DNA of 64,000 nucleotides from the NCBI GenBank assembly GCA_964016885.1, contig OZ024740.1, forward strand, positions 246,698,001-246,762,000, read 5' to 3'. The notes under the pieces were generated by a model. That model searched no databases. It saw only the letters and a program-made list of their open reading frames with translations, and had not been told where the DNA came from. Positions 13,980 to 27,636 of this stretch are shown here, in pieces. Origin of the DNA: Eledone cirrhosa. Its lineage: Eukaryota. The stretch's first letter is position 1. Each line of letters starts with the position of its first letter. The position numbers and the translations under genes are program-made.

Positions 13980-14384
13980 TTATAGAGGCATAACAAATGG
14001 ATATGTATATACAATGTATGAATAAATACATAAAGGAATGTATACAAATATTAAGTAAGGAATGTATATAAATATGAGTCTCTCTCTCTCTCCTCCTCTC
14101 TCTCCCCCTCTCTCTCTCTCTCTCTATCTCTCCACGCACATATATATGTGAGTGTATGCGTATGTATATATATATATATTGTTATACTTTGGGAGGGTCA
14201 TGTTGCCAATATATATATATACTTATACATATATACGTACACACACACACACACACATATATATAATATATACGTGTGTATATATATATATATGTGTGTC
14301 TGTGTGTCTATATATATACATACATATATACATACACTTCAATAGGTATTGTCTGTCTGACTCATGGGTGCCGGGTGGGCTGGA

Positions 14385-14482
14385 TCTCTGGGAAGGCACC
14401 TGAGCAATGGCAGTCGGGAGTGATAATCCCAATTTTCAAAAAGGGAGACAAGAGGGATTGTTCCAACTATAGAGGGATCTCC
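14385..14482 (+). mobile_element. Short LINE (RTE-like) reverse-transcriptase fragment
   Basis: WISGKAPEQWQSGVIIPIFKKGDKRDCSNYRGIS, the conserved region upstream of the LINE RT core. Confidence 0.75.
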
Positions 14483-14489
14483 GAGTCTT

Positions 14490-15115
14490 TGATTCACTTT
14501 GGACCGAGTCGTCCACCGTCCACGTGACTTACATCCGACTTTAGAGTATTAGAGCCTCCCTCAGTCTTGCTTCACACATGGCCTCACTCGACCACATACT
14601 GCTTGGAAAGAGGCAATAGCCACTGAACCTTCATGTGACGTCACTCCTCCTCCTCCTTCCGGCCAGGTGTCCCCCAACTTCCAGCAGTCTCCCCCATGGC
14701 AGCCCCACACGAACCTCTGATCTCAAGGACCAAACCCCCATCACATTGCTCCATGTCAAAATCCGCCATCGCCACTGTTGGGGCAGCACTTTAATTTTCC
14801 TCTTCGGAGTCCGAGGAAGAGGAAAATTGGTGAAATGTATCTCCTTTCCGCCATGGCCTTCATCGTGTGATGGTGTCTCACCACGATCCCATTCCCACTC
14901 GGCCTGTACACCACTTTGAAGAAGCGTTTCACATTCCACTTGTCAAGCATCTCCCTCAGCGTCTCCGAGCGAAACGCCGTGCTGTTGTCCATCAGCAGTT
15001 CATCCACAGGGCCCCGTTCCAAGAATATGTCTCTCAGCGTCCGTGCGATTTCCTCAGCAGTCCCCCTCTTCATTTCCTTCCATATCGTCATCCGTACCGG
15101 CCCACAATCGACCAT
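14490..15115 (-). mobile_element. Gypsy-type LTR retrotransposon integrase fragment
   Basis: VDCGP...GPVDELLMDNSTAFRS...WNVKRFF..YRPSGNGIV.RHHHTMKAMAER (rve core), frameshifted. Confidence 0.8.
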
Positions 15116-15119
15116 TTTG

Positions 15120-15375
15120 ATTTGGATGTCTAAACTTCAGGCAATTGAAAAGGAAATCATATGGCAGACATAGAACCGTTAGACTCCAGAAAATGGGGCA
15201 GCAGTAAAGGCATCCATTCAATAATCGCCAGAGCCTCCGCTCGTAGTAATATCATAGCACTAAGGATATCAAGTCGGTGTTTGAGGAGAATTCTACATTC
15301 CGATTTGATACTGTATCCTTAACAAATGATGTTGGTTCAAAATTAACTGACAGATCATGCCAACCGCAGAGCCGT
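15120..15375 (+). mobile_element. Tc1/mariner-superfamily transposase N-terminal fragment
   Basis: Degenerate RTVRTPEN.AAVKASI...ASAR....LRISSR.LRRILHSDL..YP..MMLVQ. Confidence 0.6.
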
Positions 15376-15382
15376 AATTTCC

Positions 15383-15541
15383 CCCTCGAAATCTGATTTA
15401 GGTATGGTCAACAAGTTCATCATAGACAGAATTATCCCAGAACTTAAAGCTAAGTTAGGAATTAACTTATGGACTTGCACCAACGACGTTATCGACTGGT
15501 TTAGCAACATGGATTTTAAACACGACGCTAGTTTGGTCCAA

Positions 15542-15545
<4 letters not shown>
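15383..15545 (+). mobile_element. Penelope-like element RT fragment
   Basis: PSKSDLGMVNKFIIDRIIPELKAKLGINLWTCTNDVIDWF; homologous to 24590-25050. Confidence 0.7.
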
Positions 15546-15630
<85 letters not shown>

Positions 15631-15673
15631 TTATATTTCGTTTCTGAATGACAACATGGCCCTCCCAAAGCAT

Positions 15674-15745
<72 letters not shown>

Positions 15746-17087
15746 GATTGAGTTATAAACTCAAAATAGTCTTTTACAAAATAGTCTTTTAAATAGCTCA
15801 AAGAAGTAAACATGTGTTCCAATTGCAAATGACCAAGTTAGCTAGGTTGAAAACATACTAATTTAAAACAATATGGTTTTCCTGACTCAATTTAAACAAC
15901 AATAAAAATAACAAACCTATATCGGGCAGACCTAAATCTGTTTCGCAAGAACTATTAAGTGAAAGCCACAATTCCTGTGCTCATCTGCGGGTATCCAGGA
16001 AAATTCATACCTTTCACTTCAAAGGATCTAAGAGGACTGAACGATATGCTGATATAAACGCACATGTCGCAGCGCCTAGCGCGTCTCATACTCATGCCGC
16101 TAAAAATAGCAGCTGGGTTTATGAGACTAAGGTTAGCTCTACATACGGAGCCGAAAATATATCTAATATATATTTGTGAAATGGGTGGTGGTTGAAATTC
16201 AGTTGTGCACGGTGAAATGGTAGTAGACGTGGACGGACATGAAAATTTACACACCTATGCCAAAGAAGCAAATAGACGAGGTTTCAAATCTCTAACTTGA
16301 AAAATATGGTCCCTGGGGCCCCAAAACGGTCTATTTACTATCGCGTTCGGTGACTTATTTCCCCCTGTTCTAATACTTTTGTCTTATTTACAATTTAATA
16401 CAAATAAAGTAGTAAATAAAGGATTATGAGTTCATGCAATTGACTTATGTTTCGTCACTATATATATATATATAATATGAAAACGCTTTAATAAAAAAAA
16501 AATATCAACTGTAATGTATGTATGCATGTATTTATGTGTTTATATGAGCGGGGATATGCAAGTAAATCTTACTTTGTGGACAGCTTATCCTTAGCATAAT
16601 ATTCATGCTAGAACACCATATATTTGAAAGTTTTCAGGGAGTTGAATTACTGATTTTGGTTCGGCAGCTTTAGCTTTGAAAAAATGAAATGTGCAGTGTA
16701 AACATTTTTTATTATTCCTCCAGGGATGAATCTTCTCTGCCTTTTTCCATCTCTTTCTATCTCTCTGGAAGAAATCAGCCGTAGTAAGACCTAAAAAAAT
16801 GGTTAGATACACCATGACGCACCGTGCATCACGGTGGAGTTGAAAAGCAGACTCAGAACATGGCGTTGTGTGGGGGTGGCTCGCAGCCCAATGTTCCAGG
16901 GGGAGCAAAAGAAGAAGAAGAAGAAGAAGAAGAAGAAGAAGAAGAAGAAGAAGAAGAAGAAGAAGAAGAAGAAGGTGTGAGCTGGAGTCCTATCAAATAT
17001 GTAGGTTGTGTCTTAAAATGAAGGTTTAGTAGAAACAATTCATGTATAGTTTTGTACTTTTCTTTTTGTCATTCATATATAAACAAA

Positions 17088-17710
17088 TCTACTATATAAA
17101 TTGGAAGTGGTTGGACGTTGTATATGTAGGTGTAGTCGGATAAACGTCGAAACGGCTTGGTGGAATGCAGCGAAAATTTACACAGTTATGCAGAATGACC
17201 CGAGGAGGCGTTGGGTAGACTTTCAAACTATAAGCTTTCATGGTTACGGAGAAAATCGATGAAACAGGAATTTCCCATTCAAATTGAATTGAGAGTAATA
17301 TGTGAATGCAGAAGTAAATATTTCGAGAAAAGTTGCAACCGAACGAAAACAGGAAGACGATATTTTGGTTCGTGAAGACGTTCCCTGGCAATGAACGGGA
17401 AAAAAGCGAGGATAATACGTCATTATGTAGAGCGTGAAGAACAATTTCATGCAAAGACAAGACCAAGTTTATGGTATAAATGGAGTCGTTAGACTAATAT
17501 TCTATTTAACATAACAGAATGATTTCCAGCCCCGGAGTTTAAGAATGATGTAAATAAAATTGAAAACGAAAATGACAGAGGTTATTAAAATAGTAAAAGT
17601 AAATAGTGAAGATTTAGGCCAGTACGTATGCCCCGACGGACATACACATACATACGCACACACAAATACATACCCCCCACACACACAAACACACAAACAC
17701 ACACACACAC

Positions 17711-17748
<38 letters not shown>

Positions 17749-18190
17749 ACGCACGCGCATTTCTACGTTATTTTCACCAAACTTAAGACATAGGTTACTT
17801 ATGTACTCCCGATGGTCATGGGCACTGTTATTTTTCGAGATATTGATTATAGCCCCCCCCCCCCGGCAGATAACCCCTTTAACCACTTTAACCACTTCCT
17901 TGGAGTCGACTGAAGTAGTGCAGTGCAATGCAACAAAACGTCATAACTTCTGGAGTTCGCAACCGATTTTCACAAAACTTGACATATGGGCTACGTTTGC
18001 CCTACAGATGAATGTGAATTCTCAGAATTGGCACATATTGGGTAGGGAACCCCTGGGGGCAGGAACCCCTTTTTGGAAAAAGCCGATGATTTTGTAAAAG
18101 TATAGTTTTCGAAGCAGCACTGAAGTATTGACATAAATGGTATACACAACTGCTATTTAATATCCGAGCAACGCCGGGTACTTCTGCTAG
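17088..18190 (+). mobile_element. Non-autonomous Helitron-like element
   Basis: Begins A|TCTACTATATAAA, ends with a GC hairpin (ccgagcaacgccggg) and CTAG|T, with no TSD; internal accgattttcacaaaacttg motif. Confidence 0.7.
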
Positions 18191-19202
18191 TATATATATA
18201 TAATAAGAAAAGTAAGGTGAAGTAGAACTTTAGACATATAAAAGAATAAGTAAATAAAATAATATATATGCATGCGTGTTTAGAAGCTTGTTATTGTAAA
18301 TGGTAGCACACATGTACGGCTAACAGAAATTGTGGGTTTGAATCTCACTTTTGCTGATAGCCTTTTTTTTCATTCAAGGGTGGGGGTTATATGCCTTAAA
18401 GCTACTAATTCAATTTTCATAAAATGGCTGATTGAATACGCACGTATTTTTTTTTCTTCTCATTTTGTGAAACCTAGCCGAGAAATAGGTCAGTGGGGGT
18501 ACTGTAATTGCCAAATACATAGACAAACATAGACAAAATGTAGACCATCAGGCATATATTTAGAAACATATAAATCGTGTATAATCAGTGCACATTCATA
18601 TATTGACACACGAAGAGATATACACCCACATACATGCAAGTACATACTCATACACTTATATACATATACATTCAAACATACATATACACATTGATAAATA
18701 TTTACAAATGTACTGATGTATATAGATACATATACGAACATGTATACAGGCATGTAGGAAATATAAATTTATTTATGCACATCACATAAACATATTACTA
18801 CATATATATGCACATACATAAACATAGATGTCTACAACTTGCCCCATACACACACACATACACACACACGCACACACAACGCACACACACACAAACACAC
18901 ACATATATATATAGTATTGTACTAATAGGTAAATAAAAATCCAAGGTGTAGAGCAACTCATGCCCTTAGGGTGGGTTTGAATAGAATTATTCAGGTTAGT
19001 TACTACAACGGCACCACACCAGGGACATACGTTTCGTTCATCTTTGATGACCAACTTGTTCAACCTGAAAGTGTTTACTCATAGGGGCGGAAAAGGAAGA
19101 GAAGAGAGCCAAACCAAGGGCAGATAATCCGGATAATGTAAGGGAGACGATTTGACCTAAAAAAGTTAGAGATCGAACAACCTCTAAATTAATAGTTCAT
19201 AA

Positions 19203-19381
19203 TTGTTTCTACTTTAGGCACAAGGCCAGCGTTTACCCAGTGCATTACTGGTACTTTATTTTATCGACCCCGTAAGGATGAAAGGCAAAGTCAACCTCGG
19301 CGGGATTTGAACTCAGATCGGAAAGGGACGTAACTATGCTTGAAAGCATGGCGTCCGACCCTCTACCGATACTGCCAATCC
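19203..19381 (-). mobile_element. tRNA-related SINE, main family
   Basis: tggcagtatcggtagagggtcggacg...gagttcaaatcccgccgaggttgactttgcctttcatcc...ggccttgtgcctaaagtagaaacaatt, with a B-box-like GTTCAAATCC. Confidence 0.8.
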
Positions 19382-20133
19382 AAATAATGACTAAAAGTAC
19401 ATGGAGGTGGGTACTAGAAAGAAATCGATCGGTTAAGAAGGATCTAAATCGATAGGGAAGATGTAATTTCTTCAAAAAATATTTAGAAACATGAGGGCAT
19501 CACGAAAAGAACTCGGTGCGTGTGTTAAGTGGATTGTTATTGTTATGGGGATTATTCAATATTCACCACTTTTCATCATTACATAATTTGCAGGCCGTGA
19601 GCCCATTTATATATGGCCGAGATATTTCTAGTATCTTCCATCTGATGGAGAAATCAATGTTCCTGCCTTTGAGATGTCATATTTTATTTGCCAAATTTGT
19701 GGTGTTTCGTGTATTTGGGTATCCGGGTATAGAAAATAGAAATGATCGGCTGGAAATGGCCATTTGCATATAGTGTGAGCTTGACTGGTTATATTCAATT
19801 GCAAATGAGCATCTCCAGCAAATGATCACCACGAAAAATGGTATATAGACTATAGTCTATTTCATACCAGTACGTTTTGAGTTAGTGTCTGAAAGATTAA
19901 GATGTCTTGAAACAGCGCTGTCTGACATTCTCAGAACATTCAAGGAAACTCGATAATATATTCACCAAGGAAAATAGAGAAAAATAAATTTTGTTTTAGT
20001 TTCGTTTCGTTTCATTACAAAACAAACAAACAAAACAACAGTTTTCTTCTGCAGTGAAATATATAAACGTATTATATATGTTTGTATATACACTTATAAA
20101 CACACACACACCACACACACGCGCACATACACG

Positions 20134-20184
<51 letters not shown>

Positions 20185-20741
20185 GCGCGCGCGCGCGCAC
20201 ACACACGGACCCGCAAATGCATGCACACACACAGACTGACACACTCTAACACACACACACAGACATGCACACACTAACTCACATACTCGCACAAACACAC
20301 ACATTCACGCATACACATACACATAGGGTAAATCCTACTGATGCAGTGCAATGTTGTAATCTATATTATTATAGATTATCAGATCATAACATCATTCAAA
20401 TATACATACACACACACACACGCGGACACACATACACCCACTCACATACACTGAATTTCAGTGATATACCCATAAAAAGAGAGGGAGAGCATGAGAGAGA
20501 GAGGAGAGAAGGATAAAGACATACACACATATACACATACAGCATATCCATCCATACACGCATATGGCAAATGACACACAAATATGAACAAATATGTATC
20601 GTTAAAGGGTCATATAAATGCACTCATACTCACACAGAAACTCACCTGCACACTTTAAACATGCACTCGCATACATTATAGGCACAAACACACACACATA
20701 CATACATACATACATACATACATACATACATACATACATAC

Positions 20742-21350
20742 ATGGTGGCTGCCAACTCGTTTTCGAGTATGGCCACTACTTTATATCCATGTAGGAGAAC
20801 CCCTACCGATGCGCTGAACGAGTGTGACTTTTTAGTCCAGCCAGCGACTTGAAAACTCTGGTACAAACACTACACCTGTGACAAGTATTGACACACAGTG
20901 CTGGGCCCATGGTACCATGTGACGACAAGTGCAGAGAGATCTCCAGATAGAAAGCAATGCCTGTGCTGTGAAGCTTTTATAGTGAGCAAAGGCACTGCAC
21001 AAAGCCAGTCCCACTCTCTTAACCAAGATGATATTTATCAAAAAGAAGAACAAGTCAACATCATTGGATACCATCAGGGTTGCAGGTGTTATATCAGAGT
21101 TTTCCTTCTCCTAGAATTCTGCCTTGACAAAGGCTAAGGGGTCATCTCTCCCGGTGATTTTGGATGGCCATTGACTCTTAAGAGCTCCTTTGCCCTTTGA
21201 CAGGTTTTGTTTTTAGTCCTGCAGGATGTCCAAAGTCACCCTCCTCACCAAGAAACCTTGGCGGGGTTGCCAGTTTAGTCGCCAACAACCCGACCATGAG
21301 ACAGGTTGTACTGGGATACATGTTACCAGTAGCACCAACTGGTGACCTGA
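20742..21350 (-). mobile_element. Apparently full-length ~610-bp non-autonomous RTE-related element within (CATA)n
   Basis: (CATA)n on both sides; shares about 445 bp with 12215-12663; RTE-like 5' UTR motif; candidate HDV-like fold near the 5' end. Confidence 0.65.
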
Positions 21351-21425
21351 CATACATACATACATACATACATACATACATACATACATACATACATACA
21401 TACATACATACATACATACATACAT

Positions 21426-23610
21426 AGACAAGAACAAAGACACCCACTTGGCAAAATCTACCGACCCATTGTATGCCAGAACCTGATGTATAAGATGTAT
21501 ACAGCCTGCCTGATCCTATTCCTTCAAGGTCACTGCGACAGTAATGACATCATCACAGATGAACACGCAGCTGGAAAGAAAGGTGTTTGGGATGTGCAGA
21601 ATAACTCTTAATTAACAAAACTGCGATGTCGAGGGTGCGACAACTTAGGAGGAATATGGCTACAGTTTGGCTGGACTACAGGAAAGCTTTCGATTCTGTT
21701 CCCCACTCTTGGATGATAGAGGCCCTCCGACTTGCTAAAGTCACAGACATTATTATCAGAGCCATAGAGAAGCGGTCTTCTTCTTGGGCTACTATCCTAA
21801 AATTAAAAACAGAGAAGGATGACTCTATTTTCACTGATAAAATAAAATATCACAGGGGCTATATTTCAAGGAGACAGTCTCTCTGTGCTACTATTTAACC
21901 TGTCATTAAACCCCTTGCCCTTTCTGCTCAACAAATGTGAAGGATACATGATTGGCTCTCAGGAGGACAGAAATACGAACTTAACCCATAATTTCTTTGT
22001 GGATGACTCGAAACTCTATCCCAGAACATAAACGGGATGAAGAAAAATCTAGAGATACCTGGGGATAGATGAGAATATTCCCTATAATGGGGTTTGTAAT
22101 AAGGAACGTGTAACTAGGGAATATTACACCCAATTAAGAAAGATTTGGTCATCGGAACTCTCTGCACAAAATAAAACAGTGGCTCACAATGTGTTTGCTG
22201 TGCCTGTCCTAACACCAACGTTTGGAATACTCAATTGGACGATAGACGAAATCCGAGCAACTGATGTTAAAACTCGAAACATTCTGAACAACACCGGAAA
22301 TTCCACATCAACAGTGACATAGACCACCTCTACTTAAAATCTAAGCAGGGAGGCCGAGGCCTAACATCAGTCCAGACAGCATTTGAGTGTCGCATCATAT
22401 CCCTCCGACAACCTAGGAGCCCATCTATTGAGCAAATCTATCTGCATGAGAAAGATAAGATCAGGAGAATTGGGAAGGAACTCCTTGAAAGATACACCTT
22501 GCATGATAATCAAAAGCTCACAATCTGGGAAATTGCCCAGCAATACCGCAGCGAATCCATGGATGAAAAACTGCATGCTTATCAGCAAAAAATCATGCAT
22601 GAATATGTTGCCAGGAAGCTCCAAAGTGAGAGTAATATAGATAAGCAAAGTAGTCTATCTTGGACCAACAACCCCTATATTGACTCCGACTTTGAAGGAT
22701 ATGCTTTTGCAATCCAAGAACAGGAGATTAGCACGAAATACCTGATTCACAAAAGAGATAGGGATGCAGGCAAAACACCAAGATGTGACAACAAATGCAG
22801 ACTGCAGAATTAATATTGAAGATGTCACCCATATCATAAGCAGCTGTCCAAAGATGTCATCACGGTACTATCTACCTAGGAGGCATGATGTAGTGGTGAA
22901 AACACTGCAATCCGTAGAAAATATAGCCCCGTCAATAAACACATTAAAAATTACAGCAATGTGGAAGACATACATATACATAATATGAAAGAGTACTGGT
23001 GGAATATTCCAGTCAAAACCCCAATAAAATGCAAGCATAACAGACCAGATATAATGATATGGGACATGGAAAAGAAGGCATGCACAGTAGTGGAAGTTAG
23101 CTGCCCATCAGATGCCAATATAACATTAAAGATTAGTGAAAAGGAGAATATCTATGCAGAACTAATGAGAAATCTACAGATACTCCACCCCGACTATACC
23201 TTCAGATTTATGTCTGTGATTATTGGGGCACTGGTATTTGTTAGGAGCTGCGTCAGTACAAATCGTGAGAAGCAGCTGGGCTTCACAGAAACAGAAAGAA
23301 CACGACTAGTTAGGAAATTACAAGTACAATCCATTAATATGTAAAACATTCCAAATATTCTGCATCTAATAACTGCAAATACATATGTAGAGGCATAAAG
23401 CATCTTCACATGCACACATATAACTCAAAACATCCATATCCACACATACATTAACACCCGTACCTGCACTCACAAGCACGCATGCAGACATGCATACATA
23501 TCTACGTAGTTGATGTTGATTAAATTCCAATGAGAGAGTCTTGTATCTATGTTAGAAACCGACTCTCTCTCTATTGGTAAAAAATTATAAAATTATAAAA
23601 GCAGAAGTAC
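21426..23610 (+). mobile_element. 5'-truncated R4/Dong-like non-LTR retrotransposon (RT, CCHC, RLE), family B
   Basis: WLDYRKAFDSVPHSW, FQGDSL, FFVDD, AIQEQEI, CRL...EDVTHIISSCP, KHNRPDIMIWD...VVEVSCP; frameshifted; flanked by (CATA)n-type repeats. Confidence 0.88.
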
Positions 23611-23681
23611 ATACATGCATGCATACATCGATCCATACATATAAATATGCATTCACTCACGAAATGTTTCACATTGATATA

Positions 23682-23950
23682 TTAGTAGACCAGCCGTAAC
23701 CCGTTGGGTCACGTTCACTTGATTTTTTAAAAATCATGTTCACTTAAAAATAATTTTTACTTAATCAAAATATACACAGACATGTATATAATGTGAATTG
23801 AAACTGGAAAGCCCATATATATATACGTGTGTGTATGTATATATATAAATGTGTCTGTCAAAGTATTTTCCCATTATGCGCCCTTTTGGCTGTATTACAT
23901 TACAGACAAGCAAGCAAGCAATCACAGACTTTTAGTATTATATAGATAGA
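23682..23950 (-). mobile_element. Small Helitron-like element
   Basis: Minus strand starts TCTAT(CTAT)ATAATACTAAAAG and ends with the hairpin cgtgacccaacgggttacg followed by a degenerate CTAA terminus. Confidence 0.45.
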
Positions 23951-24589
23951 TAGATTATAGGATCTTATACTGTCATGCTTCATACACATATAAAGAGTAA
24001 TTCCCGCATAAATATTCTGCCCTCCCCCCCCTCCTCCTCCTCCTCATCATCATCATCATCAGCGTCGTCGTCAGTACCATTCGACTGCAGCAGCAGACGG
24101 TCAAAATCCACCCAAATGTGGTCTCATGTTCAGGTGATTAGGTCCTGGTAAAATAAACAAAAGAATGAGAAGTGCTGGTTATTTGCGGAATTTGAAACTC
24201 TAGATGGAATAAATATCACCATTGATTTCATCTACCGCTCTAACGCTTCTGCTAATTTGCTGCTTTTCTTGATAATAACTCCGCCTATAAACACACGCAC
24301 ACACACACATATAAAGGTTTTAAAAAAAGCCAGCGTCTTTAAGGCTTTCGAATGTGAATTACAAGCGGGGACAGATCAAAGACAACGGAAAAATAATTCC
24401 ATCTAATGACAGAATTTCTTCCCGTAATGGTTGTCTTAATTTACTGAGGTAATTGGTAATCAAGATTTTGGCTTAAGTATATATATATAAATCAAGAAAG
24501 AAGAGTGACACGGTTTGCTTTACAAAAAGGGCTTTAATCACATTGCTGACAATTGTTTCTCTGAACTGGTAGGTTTAGAGATCGCTACC

Positions 24590-25050
24590 CGCCTAGAACC
24601 GAGCCTCTAACACCACGCAACCCCACATTTAACCTGAAGGATCACAAAAATAATTTTGAAACAAACCCTTCTATCAGATTAATATGCCCATCTAAGTCGG
24701 ATATAGGTAAAATTAGCAAAAATATTCTAGATAGGGTAATCGCACAAATAAAGGGAAAGCTAGAAATCAATTTATGGGGTAACACTAACGAGGCGATTGA
24801 ATGGTTCAATAAAATAAGAAATAGAGAGACATGTAACTTCATACAATTCGATATAAACGATTACTATGCGTATAAAGCGCTTATATTTGCCCAAAATAAC
24901 TCCGATCTTACCCCTGATGAAATTGAAATAATAATAGCGGCTAGAAGGACTATCATAAAATTTGAAAATAGCTACTGGGTAAGAAAAGATAGGATAAACA
25001 GCTTCGATATCACAATGGGACCAAATGACTCAGCGCAAATCACTGACGTC
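24590..25050 (+). mobile_element. Penelope-like element RT fragment
   Basis: LKDHKNNFETNPSIRLICPSKSDIGKISKNILD...IEWF...FIQFDINDYY...FDITMGPNDSAQITD. Confidence 0.8.
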
Positions 25051-26930
25051 GAAAGTCCTCTGGAACAAACTGGTCAGTTCGATTTCGTCGAATCTCAGAG
25101 CTTCTCGGAGAGCGTCGTCGTACATGCCCGAAACTAATCCTGCATAGAAATCTAGCGTGGAATTTTCACTGATCACATTGCCCGCCTAGTAGCGGGCAGT
25201 GAGCGCCTGGCAACATTCCAGATTCCAGGCGTCCAGTCTCGGTCTCTTCTTGACCCATGATTGCAGCTCACTCAAAGAAACAAACTATAAAATGACCTGT
25301 CTCACAAACGGTGATTACACATGTTCACCGTTTAAGAACAACTGAAAATGCCGTAGCTTAAGCGCATCATCAGCCCTGACATGCTCACCCTCCACGTTGA
25401 GCGTACTGGAACCTGTCTCTTCCACGTCCTGGTTCGAGCAGGATGCCTAGCAACAGCTCCAGCTTGCGCAGTAAAGCCTCGAGCGCCAATACGTACAGAA
25501 GGGAAGAGGGAGGTCGCCCTTGACGGATCAATCGTGTGATCTTAAACGGTTCAGATTGGAGAACAACTCCGACATATCTACGTAAAACTAGAGGAGCAGA
25601 TCATCCAAACTGGAGAGAGATACAGTAGGCCGTCGAGGTAGGGAATGAAATCTTCCGTCCCGTCCCCCCCCAATCACTGAGTATTACTACTTCTTTGCTA
25701 AATCCTATCAACGCTACTCTAATCTCTTAATCTCTCTCTTTAGAAAAGCCCCTATTGTTGATAATACGCATAACTAATGTGGTGACGTGGTCTCTATTGG
25801 CTTTACGCTACGGGAATGATACATTAAACGTTCAGTAACTAGCTCACAGCCTACATGTTCTATATAGGTCGAGCATGCAGATCAGAAATTCGTGGTCTGA
25901 ATAGGCAACCGTTCGAAATTGTCTACAGCCATACAATCTAGATGAACCTATGTGGTTAGTTCAGGTCCGCACTATCACCCCACCTCCCATTCTCGGTCGA
26001 TTAAGAGATACAGAGATTTGATAGTCATCTAAAATGGATGCTGGTGCACGTGTGTCGAAAATTCTTACCAGCACGACGTTTTCTGTGCTTTGCTGTTGTG
26101 GTTGTGCTTGTTTTGGTTTGGATAATCGTGGTAGCGGTGGTGGTGTTGGTGTAGTGTGGGTGTGTCTGTGAATGTTGTGTGTATAATGTTTGCATCTTCG
26201 GATGTTTATGTGTGTGTGATGTTTCAGATTTGTTTTGTGCTTTTCTTCGCTATGAGAAAACATTGTTTCTGTGTCGCTTTCATATGTTTGTGAGTTTGTG
26301 TTTGAGTGGGTGTTTAAGTGTATATTTGTTTGGGGAGGTTGAGGGGGAGTGGGAGAGCTTCCTCATCTTCCCCATTATATTAATTTTGATCTGGTTGTTG
26401 TTGGTGGATTAAAAGCTGCTGTTGTAGTTTTTACTGAAGCTGTAGCCGGTGTTGGCTTTGCCGATTGTGTGGCCCTACTTCCGGCACTGATGTTGGTAGT
26501 AATGGAAATCTTCGTCCCCCTGCAAATTTGAGCAAAGGGCAGAAAGCTCGCAAATGTGTTGCTTCGCGGCAAACGAAGCAGTGTGACCTTCTGCCATCAG
26601 TGATCACATGAAAGGTGGACCCGTCCTGAAGGCGAACAGATCCGGGATATTTTTGAGATCGTCCGATTTGATTTAGAAAATACTCTCCAAATCCACCCGG
26701 GCCAGTCCTCTCTAGACGTTTTTCTTACGTCTATGAGGTACATCGGTACACACCTCGATCATGCATCTCAGGAGCCACCATAAATCCAGCCATGGCGTGA
26801 TCCTGGGAATGCGGATTTTTATAGTTTTTCTGCCCATGTGGCACAGGTGCGTTTCGATGCGATCCGTTCTATAGAGGGCCAATAAATCTGGGATGGGATT
26901 CGCTCCCGTCAGTTTGATGATTTCCATATG
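25051..26930 (-). mobile_element. Heavily deleted Tx1-like LINE (ORF1 zinc knuckle, RT and C-terminal pieces)
   Basis: GRRSHCFVCREATHLRAFCP (CX2CX4HX4C); EPFKITRLIRQG.P.SSLLYVLALEALLRKL; 25051-25270 resembles 31560-31780. Confidence 0.75.
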
Positions 26931-27484
26931 TTTAAAACGCTAGTGTTGATATAATTTTTATTACAATGGTGACATAAAGCAGTATATAATAGTTGGACCT
27001 TTGGTCCAACTATTTAATTTTATATTCTAACCTTGCATCTGTAACTGAATTCTTCTATGTTTTACCTGGCGGAGATTCGAAATCGAATCTAAAAATTCTC
27101 GCCTCTAAAATCATCTATTGTTAAGTGTTCTTACCATTGTCCTGTCAAAAGGCAATTATGATACATGTTATATACCACTTGATCTGTGACCCCAGACCTA
27201 CCACAGACACTTGACAGACGATAAACTGATGGTCTGGCTATTGTCTAAAAAACGATATACACGTTCTTCTAGTTATAGTAGATTCTTATAAATACAAGCA
27301 CTTCGAGCGACAAATCAGAGAGTGGGTAACACAGACGACAGAAGAACCGTTCTACTAACACTATGGATTCACGAATACAGTTATCTAGCTACCACTCTCT
27401 CACATTTCTTACTCGCTCGACAGCCAAAAAGCGAATTAAAGATATGGACTGACCACTATTACAGAAACCACGTTTGCTAGGGAT

Positions 27485-27636
<152 letters not shown>

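Noticed and set aside
15955-16908. Short minus-strand ORFs (99 and 101 aa) as host exons
   Set aside because: No recognisable homology or clear splice signals; lengths are compatible with chance.
16911-16975. Poly-Glu coding tract
   Set aside because: Simple (GAA)n microsatellite.
12305-21137. Duplicated 79-80-aa ORFs (MVSNDVDLFF..., MPGPWHH...) as a small gene family
   Set aside because: Similarity is explained by two near-identical copies of one repeat; both strands are open and no domain is recognised.
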